64,000 nucleotides of DNA from Takakia lepidozioides (Eukaryota > Plantae > Bryophyta). Below, one piece after another: positions 27,189 to 38,354 of this stretch (position 1 is its first letter; every line of letters starts with the position of its first letter). Both the position numbers and the translations under genes were made by a program. The notes under the pieces are model-generated. The model had not been told where the DNA came from and did no database searches. It saw only the letters and a list, made by a program, of their open reading frames with translations. The stretch is taken from the NCBI GenBank assembly GCA_030704615.1, contig CM060731.1, positions 35,712,001-35,776,000 on the forward strand. The letters are read 5' to 3'.

Positions 27189-28140
27189 TACGCTTCATGT
27201 TTGTGTTTTTTTTTGGCCCTGCGTGTGCAGAGCCCACCAAAGTAGTTACTAACTTAGTAAGTAGGTAGTAATGAGAGGCAGGGAGGAGAGCCCTCTCGAA
27301 TCTCAAAGCAGGCCCGACCCTGGTGGATCCATGCTGGCCCACACATGTCACCCCTAAAGAAACTACCACATGACAATTTGGCGCCTGTACCATCTACCAT
27401 TTAATAGTGTCTTTCGTTCAGGGTAATTTCAAATCCTTGTGTAGCTTACTATTATCACCTTTTTTATTCCTAGACTATCCTTTCATGGACAGCCCATGCA
27501 AACTTGGGGGCATATTTGGGCAATTTAGAAGGAATTGGGGAAATTTTTGAGGGTCAGGGAAATAGAGACTGTTGAAGCGAGTGATAAGGAAGTAACAAGA
27601 GGTGTTGTAGAGCCACGTAGGAGAGTGGCGGGAGGAAGACATGTGTGCAGGTGTCAACTGTGGGGCTAGGGAGACGTGGAGTAGGTGGGCCCTCCACTCT
27701 GAGAGCGTGAATAAAGGAGGGTGAGGCCTGTGCTATCTCTAGCCTCCTACTTACAATTTACAATTTACATTTTAGGACCTAAATAGTAAGCAAAGTCTCC
27801 ACACTACAAAATAGAACACTGAAGAGGTACCATCACCAAATTTTTACTAATTCATTCAGCTCAGCTGCTCTATTAATTATAGTTACGGTTCAAGTTTGCG
27901 TCTTTCTTTGGGCCTGCCTTGTCAGAGCCCACTAAAGTAAGTACTAACTTAATAAGTAGTGAGAGGCATGGGAAGGGAGTGCTCTTCTCCTTTATATACC
28001 CTCTCAGTGTGGCGCCCCGACCACATCAAGTGGTGGGAAAGGTTCCCCATACATGTCACCCCTAGAAACCACCATTTGACACTTGTACTCTGCTTACCCC
28101 AATTTGGTGCCTAAACCATCCTCCATTTAATAGTTGTTGC
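27189..28140. repeat. Two diverged copies of a ~230-bp repeat downstream of the terpene synthase
   Basis: 27189-27420 resembles ~27890-28140. A reverse-complement copy is split between 51590-51730 and 53185-53257. Confidence 0.65.
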
Positions 28141-29659
28141 CTTCCTACCGCTGTTATTTCCAGTGTTGGGCAGTCCTTGCATTTGTGAAGAAACCGATTC
28201 CACAATTATTTCAAGAGACAATTCTGGATCCGGTTCCGGTTTATTTTTTCCAGTTTATTTCTTCAAAACCTTGTATAACTTACTATATATCCTCCTTTTT
28301 AATTCTTCGACCATCCTCTCATGGACAGGGCCCACACAAACTTGTGGGGCTTATTACTAAAATAAAATCTAGACACAAGCGGGCCATGGCATCTGTCTCT
28401 CTGCCTTCAGGCTGGGGCAGAGTCCGAGTAATGCCTCCATGGCCCAGCAAGGGCCCAATTGCTGGGGCCGGTGTTTCTTTGGAAACAAAAGAAAATATAA
28501 ATATAAATATCAAAATCTAGAAGAACTGTCTTATTATATCCTTTATGAATCATCATTTACTTGCTAATAACGATATATAGACATAACCGAGCTTTTGACT
28601 CTATTTTCATACTTGTCAACTTGTGTTTGCTTCTGAGCACTACAACACCGATATTGTAGTGTCGGCCCCACCTTGATTCTTATGTTTTACACCATAGAAG
28701 TAATTATGACATGCACTATTCTTAAGGACGTCTTCATGCAAGCAAGTAGGGGACGTTCTGATTCCGTCCCTTCAAGGGCAGCCAGAGAAGTGTTGGACTA
28801 GTATATAGGTGAAGGATAGGTATATGTACTAGTATATGCACTAGTATTAGATATCAGACCAGTTTGGTATCATTTGGTAGAATACTTCATCATATGCCAA
28901 ACCAAGCTGGTATCAGTTTTTCATACTAGCCACACTGCCAGTACTCCCAACCGTCTTCCTCGTTTACTCTGGTATGTGTACTATATTAATTTATATGTAT
29001 ATATGCCTACATACTTGTATTTATGTATATTTACTTCTTTGTGTGTATTGTATTTGTTTTCACTTGATACTTGCTATTTGATAAACTTGTCATTCAATAT
29101 GGCTTTGGAATGATAAGAGAATCGATGTCTCATTCGCGACTGATATTGACCATACTCATACTAGTATCTGTAAAAACATACATCCACCAGACTGGTACGA
29201 AAGTTTTGTGATGCGTCTGGTACCAGAACCAGTCTGGTATGTCCTAAACCTGATACCAGACCAACACTTGTACCGAAACACGCTGATTTGCCGTTCCGGC
29301 AATGATGGCCCAAAGGCCGGGAGGTGCTTCTGGGGCGGTGGCGAGGTCACACGTGTGTGTATCGCATCATCGATACATTTTTACCCCATTCGGAAAAACT
29401 AAAAACCTGCTCGACATTTTGCTTTGTATTTTTCAGGGCATATTGAGGCACAACTTCCCGGGAGCATGGAGATTCGTGGAACACATTCCAGTCCCTTCGA
29501 TGAGATAGCATCTAGGGTTGAGGTGGAGGTAGCTAGTCAGAGGGTGGCACCACATGGGCAGATTTTCCGAATTGAAAAGTTTCTAGCCGAGGGCAGGGAC
29601 ATTTAGTTTGAATTGGAGATACTAGATGCTGAGTACTCGCAGGTACGATTCCAAGACAC

Positions 29660-31240
29660 TATTAATGTAATTCTGGCACCATTTCGTATTCAGTGCATGC
29701 ATGCGCCGAGGAGGTGTTCACTGATGAATCACAGCCTGTATTGATGGTTCGGACCAGTAAGTTATGGGGTGGACTTCCAGAGCACCCTTTAAATGTCGTG
29801 ATGTGTGACGCCTGCATTAATAGGTTCACATGATCGAAGGGATGGTTGGAGAGGATGGCAGGCAGTGCCTTGCTTGTTGGTTGCTAGGCAGGTCTACTGT
29901 ATTTCGATCATGAATAAGTAGGACCTGGTGTTGCTGTTGATTTTGTTTCTCAAATGCATAGAAAAGGTTCTTCGAGAGTATGTGCGCGATTACTGCCGTG
30001 CAAGATCGGCCTCTACTACGGCTCGGTGTTGCTCAACCTCTGGTGAGTTTTGTGAGGGAGAGAGAAAAGAGGGGTGCACGTGTATAAAGTTGGATCTTAT
30101 AAACGAGTTGTCAGTCTTCTAATCTTGGAGGGGCAGGGGGCAATACTGACGCGTTGTATGCCTTGTGATTAGTTGCTAGAAAAGTACTGAAGGATCATCT
30201 ATCTATTAACCCCTGCTTCCGAAGGTGCTTCTCATGATTCTCTTCTGTATAACCCTGATGATCAAAAATCTTATCTTGAAATTATCGGCTTGTTCCAGAT
30301 GTAGGATGGACCATTTTAGACCTGGATGCTAGATCACAAGAGAAGGGGTATTCATGAAACCTCGGACAAAAGGAAGCTCCTCATGCATAGCCGATTATCT
30401 TCTATTATACACGTAGTTGTGGTGTAACCTGGATATCGGCACGCAAGACATTCATGATCTCTAGCGAATTGTATGTGGTAAATTGCAGGTATGATAAAAT
30501 CGGTGGTGAGGATATCCATATCGGTCAGCCAATATGTAGAACTACTCTGCAAGCTTGCATCAATATCGGATAAAAATTTCTGCCAACACAATGATTCACT
30601 AGTCTGCAGTTTTCTGAACAAATCTAGCAGAGAAGGCCTAGCTCCACAGTTAGACTCGCCTAAGTGAACACATGTGGATGAGCTGTGAGGCCAGAGTAGT
30701 GTTTCTTGGCTGAATATGTCAGGTGCAACAGCAACAACCTGCTTCAATTTGATCCAAGGTCACAGCTATACAGGTCATGCACTAGCATTAATTACCTAAT
30801 TGGAAGACATTGGGATCAGGGTACATGTTCGCTTAGGTTTTAATGCTTCATGATTTAGAGTAAAGCTCAAATATGATACAGATCTGGATGATCGATGACG
30901 AATGGAATGTGGGCCTTCTTTGTTGGCACTCATATATATCTGCAGCTTTGACAGGTTGCACCAGCGAGCTAGTACATGAGTTGAAACAAGTATCTACACC
31001 CGTGGACCTATCGAACCTCGATTATTATATCGAGAAACCCTTAAGTCATACTATAATCGAGGTAAGTCTTGGGGACTGCCAGAGAGATCTTAGGGGTCTT
31101 GTTACATGTACAATGGAGGTATCTTTAGAATGTCGTAACCTTCATTCAGTACATCTCAGCCGTAAGAACGTATAGAAATGTCACATTAAATAACATTAAA
31201 TTACTGCTCGTTCAAGTTACAAACTCGTGACGTGAACACA
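29660..31240 (+). repeat. Segmental duplication unit, copy 1 (terpene synthase upstream region/intron 1)
   Basis: Colinear with ~62420-64000 (catgcgccgaggaggtgttcactgatgaatcacagcct … aaactcgtgacgtgaacaca). Confidence 0.9.
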
Positions 31241-31437
31241 AATATCATGTTGACGATTTTTTGGCGCATCTGTGCACAGGACAAATTTGACAGTTTTTGT
31301 CTAACCTTGTGATCTTGCACTGCATAACCATGTACCTCCAATGACGTTTAACTAGCTCCACGACATATGAAGTTATCGATCGGATAGAGCCTAGTCTATC
31401 ACATTTATCTCACGATGTCTTTTGTGTTTATTTGCAG

Positions 31438-32486
31438 ACACCTGGAGAGGCACAAAATATGACAAAATGGATTGAGATAGTGAGGGGTATGTTGCAGTCC
31501 ATGACCCTAGGGGAAATCTCGATGGACATCCCCTTATGATACAACATGGGTTGCACGAGTTCATGCATTGGATGGCTCTGGAGGACCAGAGTTCCCCCAG
31601 TCTCTGCGGATTATTGATAACCAGCTCCCGAATGGTGACTGGGGAGACCCCAACCGCTTCTTGGGGTTTGATCGTGCCAACAACACTCTTGCGCGTGTGA
31701 TTGCGTTGAGAACTTGGGGAAGTACAGGTGCGAGTGTTGAGAGAGGTAAATCATAAGAACTCTTACAACCCTTAAATATTGTTTTCGAAGGTGCGTACGT
31801 GGTCATGGTTGTTCAAGCGAACGTCCACTGCTGATTTCTCAAGTACCTACAAATATCCGTGTCTAACATAGTTCTTCGTCATGAGTGTATTTCGAACCCA
31901 GGTTTTGGAATCCCTTTGATCCAACATTCACTAGATCGCAGACGATGAATTTGTCAACATGCCCATTGCATTTGAGATAACTTTTCCATCCATGCTTGAC
32001 GAGGCTAAAACTTTGGGCCTTGACCTCCCTTACGACGCCCCAAGTTTACAATCGACCTATGTTGCCAGAGACAAGAAGATGAAAAAGTGGGACTCTATAC
32101 TGTCAAACTCTCGTATTCATTTGCAGTGCGGGCGAACAAGTTGATGCTAGTCTCCTCTCGATCATAATGATACATCTAATATATAGCCCCATCTGGAAAT
32201 TTCTAGGATTTGAGGTTCATTATTTATACACATATGACCTTAGATTTCGGTGAATAAATGAACGAGGAGACTTGCATAGGAAAACATGGAAGGGAAGAAG
32301 GAAATTACTTCCGAAGCTCATTCCGTGCAGCAGAGGAAAGGATTCACGTTGAAATAACATTTTGGATGATGAAGCTAGCCGTGGTTCAAAAAGCCCTGAA
32401 ACCTAAGCTTTGCCCTCTGTAAACGTATCATGATGAAACTAGGTACTAGAGCCAACTACTTCCTCTTCTACTTGCAATTGCAGGAT
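31438..32486 (+). pseudogene. Diterpene synthase (CPS/KS-type) N-terminal gamma-domain exons, pseudogene
   Basis: SPYDTTWVARV, GSGGPEFPQSL.II.NQLPNGDWG…FDR.NNTLA.VIAL.TW, MPIAFEITFPSMLDEAK.LGLDLPYD, with frameshifts. It ends at acceptor ttgcag|GAT (32486), where the inversion breakpoint lies. Confidence 0.85.
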
Positions 32487-32657
32487 GGACAATGGCCCTC
32501 ATATTTCGTATGCGACAGCGCATACAAGACAATCGTGTTTTTTCAAAAACATTTTTTTTAAATTTTTTTAAATAATTTTTTAATTTTTTGTTTTACAAAA
32601 CAGGTGACAGTGGCCCTCATATTTCGTATACCAGACAACAGTTTTTTTAAGAGACAA

Positions 32658-32688
<31 letters not shown>

Positions 32689-32792
32689 TATTGTTTTTTA
32701 CAAAATAGGAGACAGTGGTTCTCATATTTCGTATGCGCCGGCGCGTACCAAATAACAATGTTTTTTTTATAAAACAATTATTTCTAAAAATT
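32487..32792 (+). repeat. Minisatellite (~90-110-bp unit: ggacagtggccctcatatttcgtatgcgccggcgcataccagacaac plus AT-rich spacer)
   Basis: Three units here, continuing at 44841-45065 after the retrotransposon, and in inverted orientation at 57372-57682. Confidence 0.85.
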
Positions 32793-32879
32793 TGTCGTGC
32801 GCATACATATCGCTACACAAGTACATCGCTGTCCAAACCACATCACACATATATGCACAATAAAGTAGTCTACCACAAT
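32793..32879 (-). repeat. Terminal repeat A, outer copy (87 bp)
   Basis: Matches 33231-33317 with 2 mismatches. Confidence 0.95.
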
Positions 32880-33228
32880 GATAAACAAGCATAGAGACAC
32901 TGTTGACACAAAACATATCAATCCATCGCTATCACTCTTTATAATAGAAGTCGAGCCAAGGGCACCCCAAGCTATGGGGACTCCACCCCACAACAACCTA
33001 CACTCCCATCATGAGTACACTCAGATCTAAACGCATGCAGGAGCTCGGTCGCGCAGGCTCAACTCGAGAGAGATGAGCTGCGCGACTGCCGCTCTCGTGA
33101 AGATAAGACGGACCAGGTGTCAAACTAAACTTGACACCTGATTTAACACTTGACCTAAATCCAAGTGTTAAATACAAATAACTAGTTTTATGCTAGCTGT
33201 TTTCACACTGTGCTTATTTAACTTGACA
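32879..33228 (-). repeat. Terminal repeat B, inner copy (350 bp)
   Basis: Matches 44487-44836 with 2 mismatches. Confidence 0.95.
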
Positions 33229-33230
33229 GC

Positions 33231-33317
33231 TGTCGTGCGCATACATATCGCTACACAACTACATCGCTGTCCAAACCACACCACACATATATGCACAATA
33301 AAGTAGTCTACCACAAT
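33231..33317 (-). repeat. Terminal repeat A, inner copy (87 bp), joined to B through the palindrome GACA-GC-TGTC
   Basis: Direct repeat of 32793-32879. Junction 33225-33234 reads gacagctgtc. Confidence 0.95.
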
Positions 33318-33326
33318 CGCCCCCCT
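33318..33326 (-). other. Putative polypurine tract
   Basis: Minus strand reads AGGGGGGCG-AT-TGTGG, immediately upstream of the inner A repeat and downstream of the pol stop. Confidence 0.6.
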
Positions 33327-33575
33327 AGCTGGTGGATAGGTCCCTCTACCTCCAGATAGCTACAAGATGTAATAGCCACAGCCGTACTAAGTCCTCTATC
33401 ACTGTCCCTATTGTACTCAAACTCTATAGACCAAGAGGCCGGGTACAAGAGTAGCCCCATCGTTAGTCGCCATCTTGCAATCTGTGAACTTGAGCCAGGA
33501 CCTCGTGTGTTCAAGGTCTCCTAGTAGCTGGGTCTTGCGTTTCTTGTTAGCCTTCCATGGTTGTATCCACTCCCA

Positions 33576-36551
33576 CTATCCAATGCAATGTGGACATAAC
33601 CAATCCCCATCTGGAACCATCTCAAGAGGTGGAGTCAAGCACCCCATATGCCAACCTCTAGAGCATCGATCACACACCAGCATGGTGGCCGCCCCTTTAG
33701 CAGACCCACACAACATGCACCTCAAACCTGCAGATACCACTGCCAGGTTTGGGTCAATCCTGCCATCGACATTCGGAAGGTGACATGGCGCACAATTACG
33801 CACATGGTCCTTCCAAGTTATGCCATCCCGACCCTCCAAGACCAAGACGCCTGAGGGCAAGACCTCTCGAACCCTCAAAATAACACGTCCTGCAGTCACA
33901 TCCAGGGTCGTAGGAGCAGTCTGCTGCAGATAGACATAGTCACCAGGGTTGAATCTCCGAACCCCAGGACGATAGCCCCCACCACGTATGGTAGCATACC
34001 TCAACGTATCACGGTGTTGTGCAATGGCAAGGTTCTCGAAAGCCATGGGCATGACTCTCTTGAACAACTCTGCACGCTGCTCACATGCACGTGCCCACAC
34101 ATCCGGATCGTCAAGGTTAAGAACTGTAGCAGCTTCTCTGCGAATGGATGTAGGCAAATCCGGCTCTCGGCCAAAGAGAAGAAAGTATGGTGAGAAGGAG
34201 GCAAGTGATGCTTGCTTGCTGAACCTGTAGCCCATGGCTAACCAGGGTAACTGAAGGTCCCAATCTCCTAGGTGTCCCTTCTGCAAGCCATACTTGCGCA
34301 AACCCCTCTTTACTGTCTGAACAACTCTCTCTGCCAAGCCATCGGCCTCAGGATGATCCCGAGAAGTGGTGTGGTGGTCTATCAAGGCCTTGTCACACAA
34401 AGCCTGAAACTCCCCCAAGAACTCTCTCCCTTGGTCCGTGAGTACCTCAGCTGGAGCACCGAATCGGCTAAGCACACAATCCAGGAATGCATACGCAGCT
34501 CCCTCACTAGCCTTATCAGGCAATGGAACCAATTCAATCCACTTGGAGAAGTGCTCCACCATCACCAACACGTACTTGTTGTGGCGCATGGTCAGTGGCA
34601 ATGGCCCTGCGAAGTCAAGACTCCACCTGTAGCCCAATCCCATGATCGGAAGAGGGTGCAATTGTGGAGTAGGGGCGTTGAATGAAGCACGCACCCTGTC
34701 ACACACCATGCACCTAGCCACAAATTGTTGCACCTCTGTGTGCATACCACGCCACCAATACTGCCCCTGCAGTAGACTATGAGTGCGTCGCACCCCAAAA
34801 TGCCCCAACTCCTCATGGGCATGCCGCACTAACCGTGCCCGCTGTGTTGGGTGAGGCACAATCCTCACTCGACCATCCTCCCACACTCGGAGCAGGTGTG
34901 TCCCCTCCCACCTGAACCTCTTGGCTCGTTGTAGGATCCGATCCCTCTCCTTGGCAGTCATAGTGGCTGCCGTGTCTCCACTGCGGAGGTAGTCCAACAC
35001 AACTGAATCCTCATGTATATCTTTGGCGCCACCCTGCTCATTGCTGGCCTCAGGGTCCTCAGACACTTGATCTACAGTCATCCCTGTTGTAGGTCCAACC
35101 TGGCCTTCCGCTGCCAAGATACACAGAAATGCAGATGCATGCCATCCGGGCACCATCTCCTCGTCCGTCTCACCATGCCACCGAGCTCCAGTGTCATCCT
35201 GCTGGCTCGTGCATGGATTGCGACTCAACCCATCTGCATTTCGATTGACCAAACCCGGTCGATGCACCACCTGAAAGTCATACTCTTGAAGGATGAGTGC
35301 CCACCGTGCAAGCTTCCCCGTAAGCTTGTCTGACTCCATCAACCACTTGAGTGGTTGGTGATCCGTGACAAGGGTGAAGAGATTGCCGTATAGATAGCAC
35401 CTGAAGTGTGCCACGGCCCACACTGCAGCTAAGCATTCTCCCTCATATGAGCTATACTTAGACTCTGCAGCATTGTTCGAGCGGCTAGCATAAGCCACTA
35501 CGAACTCTCTTCCCTCATCATCCACCTGTGTGAGCACCGCTCCAAGCCCCAGCATGCTCCAATCTGTATGCAGCTGAAAAGGACGCCCCCTGATAGGTCG
35601 TCTCAAGATGGGCGCCGAGGTCAACCTCGCCTTGAGCTCTTGAAAAGCTTGTTCTTGCTCATCTTCCCACTGCCACTCCTGGTCCACCTTGGTCAGCTTG
35701 GTTAGAGCCTTTGCAATGGCACTAAATCCCTTAACAAACCGTCTGTAATAGTTTGCTAACCCCATGAAAGCTCGAACTCGGCTCACATCCGTGGGGCGTG
35801 GAACCTGTGCAATGGACTCTACCTTAGTCTGCTGTACCCCCAATCCTCCAGGATATATCATGTGACCCAGATACTCAATCTGGTTGTGGAAAAACTTGCA
35901 CTTGCCCGGATGTAACTTCAATCCGTGCGTCCTCAAGCGCTCAAATACCCCCTGAAGGTGTCTCTCATGCTCCTCCACCGTAGCACTAAAGATGATGATG
36001 TCATCTATGTAGCACCGAGCAAACTCCACCCCTGCTAGAATCCTGTCCATGACTCTTTGAAACTCAGCGGGAGCGTTTTTAAGCCCAAATGGTAAGAACC
36101 GCCACTGGTATAGGCAATCCTTCCCGTGCTCATTGATCCCCCAGAATGCCGTCTTTTGCTTATCCGCCTCCTTGATCGGCAACTGGTGATATCCGGATCG
36201 TAAATCCAACGTGCTAAAGACCTTGGAATGCCCAATGGCATCAAAGATCTCCTCTGGTGTTGGCATGGCATACCTATCGGACTTGGTCTGACGATTTACA
36301 GGCCGGTAATCACCGCACATACGTCTCTCCGTCCAATTGCCATAGACATCCTTCTTAGCTGGCATCACTGTGGCTGAAGCATACTCTCCACCAGAGAGCT
36401 CCACCAAACCTGCCTCCCAGAGATCTTGAGTCCTCATCTGAATCAAAGACCTCTCCATGTCACTGTATCTATAGGGTCTCCGAAAGATTGGCGTGTCAGT
36501 GGCCAACTCAATACGGATCTCTTGACCCTTCAGTGCTCCCAAGTCCTTCAA
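33576..36551 (-). CDS. pol: Pol: reverse transcriptase, RNase H, DDE integrase and C-terminal PHD finger (uninterrupted 991 aa; frame open upstream to the TAG at 36711-36713)
   Basis: RT: RMCGDYRPVN, LDLRSGYHQ, LPFGLKNAP, YIDD. RNase H: LHTDWS, EGECLA, TDHQPL, ADGLSR. Integrase: H-H-C-C, WSLDFAG/LTDQG/GLAER. PHD C4HC3: CMLC…CDRC..GWHMGC…W.CPHC. Confidence 0.97.
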   Translation of the reverse strand: MKDLGALKGQEIRIELATDTPIFRRPYRYSDMERSLIQMRTQDLWEAGLVELSGGEYASATVMPAKKDVYGNWTERRMCGDYRPVNRQTKSDRYAMPTPEEIFDAIGHSKVFSTLDLRSGYHQLPIKEADKQKTAFWGINEHGKDCLYQWRFLPFGLKNAPAEFQRVMDRILAGVEFARCYIDDIIIFSATVEEHERHLQGVFERLRTHGLKLHPGKCKFFHNQIEYLGHMIYPGGLGVQQTKVESIAQVPRPTDVSRVRAFMGLANYYRRFVKGFSAIAKALTKLTKVDQEWQWEDEQEQAFQELKARLTSAPILRRPIRGRPFQLHTDWSMLGLGAVLTQVDDEGREFVVAYASRSNNAAESKYSSYEGECLAAVWAVAHFRCYLYGNLFTLVTDHQPLKWLMESDKLTGKLARWALILQEYDFQVVHRPGLVNRNADGLSRNPCTSQQDDTGARWHGETDEEMVPGWHASAFLCILAAEGQVGPTTGMTVDQVSEDPEASNEQGGAKDIHEDSVVLDYLRSGDTAATMTAKERDRILQRAKRFRWEGTHLLRVWEDGRVRIVPHPTQRARLVRHAHEELGHFGVRRTHSLLQGQYWWRGMHTEVQQFVARCMVCDRVRASFNAPTPQLHPLPIMGLGYRWSLDFAGPLPLTMRHNKYVLVMVEHFSKWIELVPLPDKASEGAAYAFLDCVLSRFGAPAEVLTDQGREFLGEFQALCDKALIDHHTTSRDHPEADGLAERVVQTVKRGLRKYGLQKGHLGDWDLQLPWLAMGYRFSKQASLASFSPYFLLFGREPDLPTSIRREAATVLNLDDPDVWARACEQRAELFKRVMPMAFENLAIAQHRDTLRYATIRGGGYRPGVRRFNPGDYVYLQQTAPTTLDVTAGRVILRVREVLPSGVLVLEGRDGITWKDHVRNCAPCHLPNVDGRIDPNLAVVSAGLRCMLCGSAKGAATMLVCDRCSRGWHMGCLTPPLEMVPDGDWLCPHCIG

Positions 36552-36913
36552 ACTGAAGGCAAAGCAATTCCTATAAGCCCTCAGGAACCGCCGTATACGT
36601 CGTCTCTCTCCTCCGGTGACAATGGGTCCAATGTCAGGCTCCCAATTGTCCTCCGTAACTGCAACCTTAAGTCCAGTGGGCTTAGAGGTAGAGGACGCGT
36701 CCCGTGGTTGCTATGCTGCAACCTCTTGAGCAGTACCCCCTTCCTGCTCAGTCAATGACAAGGCCTCATCCTGCCCCATCATCTCATCATTGAGAACCTC
36801 CTCATCCCGAGAAGAATCCCCAACCTCATCCATCACAGCTGCCTTCGCTGCCAACTCCCTCTGAACCTCGAGCACCTCCCACATGTGCCATGGATGTCTA
36901 CACCTCGTGGTCC

Positions 36914-38354
36914 TCACCGGCTCGCCCCCACTCGCTGCCTGTACCGTCTCGGTAGGCAAGAGATTGTCAAGGGAAGTGCACTCCGCACTCTACGTTGCTC
37001 AGCCATAGCCAAGCTGACAATCCAGGTCAAGCAATTGAGATCCATTGCTTGCCCCAACACCTGACGACGTGATGCCTCAGAAAGAGAAGGCACCGCCGTG
37101 GTCCCAGTGGAAAACCCCATAGCCCGCTCTCGCTCGTCGGCATTAGGCTCCACTAACTGCTGCAACTGAGCATCCCACATGAGGCCAGGTCCACCATCCC
37201 GAAAAGCATGGGATCCTGGGAAGCTGAGCAGTGTAGGTAATGCTGCTGTGGTTGACCCACCCTGTTGACCACTGCCAGGCGAACGGTCATCGTGTCTCAC
37301 ACGTTGAGACTGCCTTCCTGTGTCCAAAATGCCATCCACGGTGAGGTGTGCTGGCCGCTGCACCCCATCAAATGCACGCTTGAGCAGTGCGGGTGCATCA
37401 AGTTAGTCCACCATAGTCGTGGACGATGAGCCCGTGACCCCACTGCAGCTGCATCCAGCAACACTGCTGACCCAAGCCACGACCGGACTTGATGCACACT
37501 GGCCATCACCCTGGCCCGAGAATCACCCATCAGTGGTACATTCTCAAGATGTATGCTGGAGATACAGCTTGATGAAGCTGCAAGCAGCGCAAAATCCGCA
37601 CCATCTCCCAAAACAGACCCGTCCTCGAGTCTCGCAATCCATTGCCATGCCCGGCTGATGAATGCCTTTGGCAGGGCCAACCTGCCACTACCAGATCAAT
37701 GGAGCCAACCCGCTCCAAATCCTGCGCCCCCAGCAACGCAATGTCTGCTGGCAAGGCCTGCTGATATCCACGAACTGCAGACACCGGCAACAACTCAGGG
37801 TGCTGCTGCGCCATCTGAGCAACATGGCGCAGTGAGACGCGTCGTGCAGTCTCATCCCTCTCCACATACAGGTAACGTCGAACTCGTACACCTGCCTGCA
37901 GCACTGCAGCCAATCCAGTGCTGATCCCGCCAAATAAGTCCAGAAGGCATATGCCTTCATCCGGCCGCTGCCACACAAGAAGTGTGGTGTCCAATGGCAA
38001 CAACTGAGGTGGCCCTGGTACAATCACCGCACTCTCCTCCTCTCCTGACGGTACAAAAGCTTCTACCCAAGCTTGTTGCACCCGTCCATCAGCAGCGTGC
38101 TGCAAATCCTTGCTCGTACCCCACAACGGAGTGTGAGCAACCATGGCAGGCAACTCCGCCGTACCATGCATGTCATCCTGCTCTGCTGGAGGTGGCACAT
38201 CCTCTGCATGGGCATTGCCTTCCAGCAACTCTCCAGGCCAACTAACTTCAGCTGTGAAGGCGGCTGTGTTGGCATCTTGCCCCGCTGGGCAGCTGCAATA
38301 CCCCCAATGAATGTCACATGGAGCTGTGCACGGCGACCATCCCCTGACTGCCAT
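36914..38354 (-). CDS. DNMT3-like C5-cytosine DNA methyltransferase domain inside the polyprotein (frameshifted over three ORFs)
   Basis: Motif I LDLFGGI (37923-37943), II YVERD, IV DLVVAGWPCQ (GWPCQ at 37668-37682), VI LENV (ENV at 37537-37545), VII LDAA, VIII AHRPRLWWTNL, IX ERERAMGF..G.T, X RRQVLGQAMD, all in canonical order. Confidence 0.9.

Noticed and set aside
32487-32792. CRISPR-like repeat-spacer array
   Set aside because: The repeats are long and degenerate, the spacers are low-complexity AT runs, there are no cas genes, and the context is a eukaryotic TE.
32793-33228. A solo LTR inserted next to a truncated element
   Set aside because: No TSD surrounds 32793-33228 alone. The AATT duplication brackets the whole 12 kb, and the two partial repeats complement each other exactly.
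33330-33575. Chromodomain after the PHD finger
   Set aside because: The frame stays open briefly after the stop codon but shows no chromodomain aromatic pattern.
36914-38354. Bacterial restriction-modification methylase or contamination
   Set aside because: It lies within the gag-pol reading path, has DNMT3-like motif VIII-X wording, and is flanked by spliceosomal plant genes.
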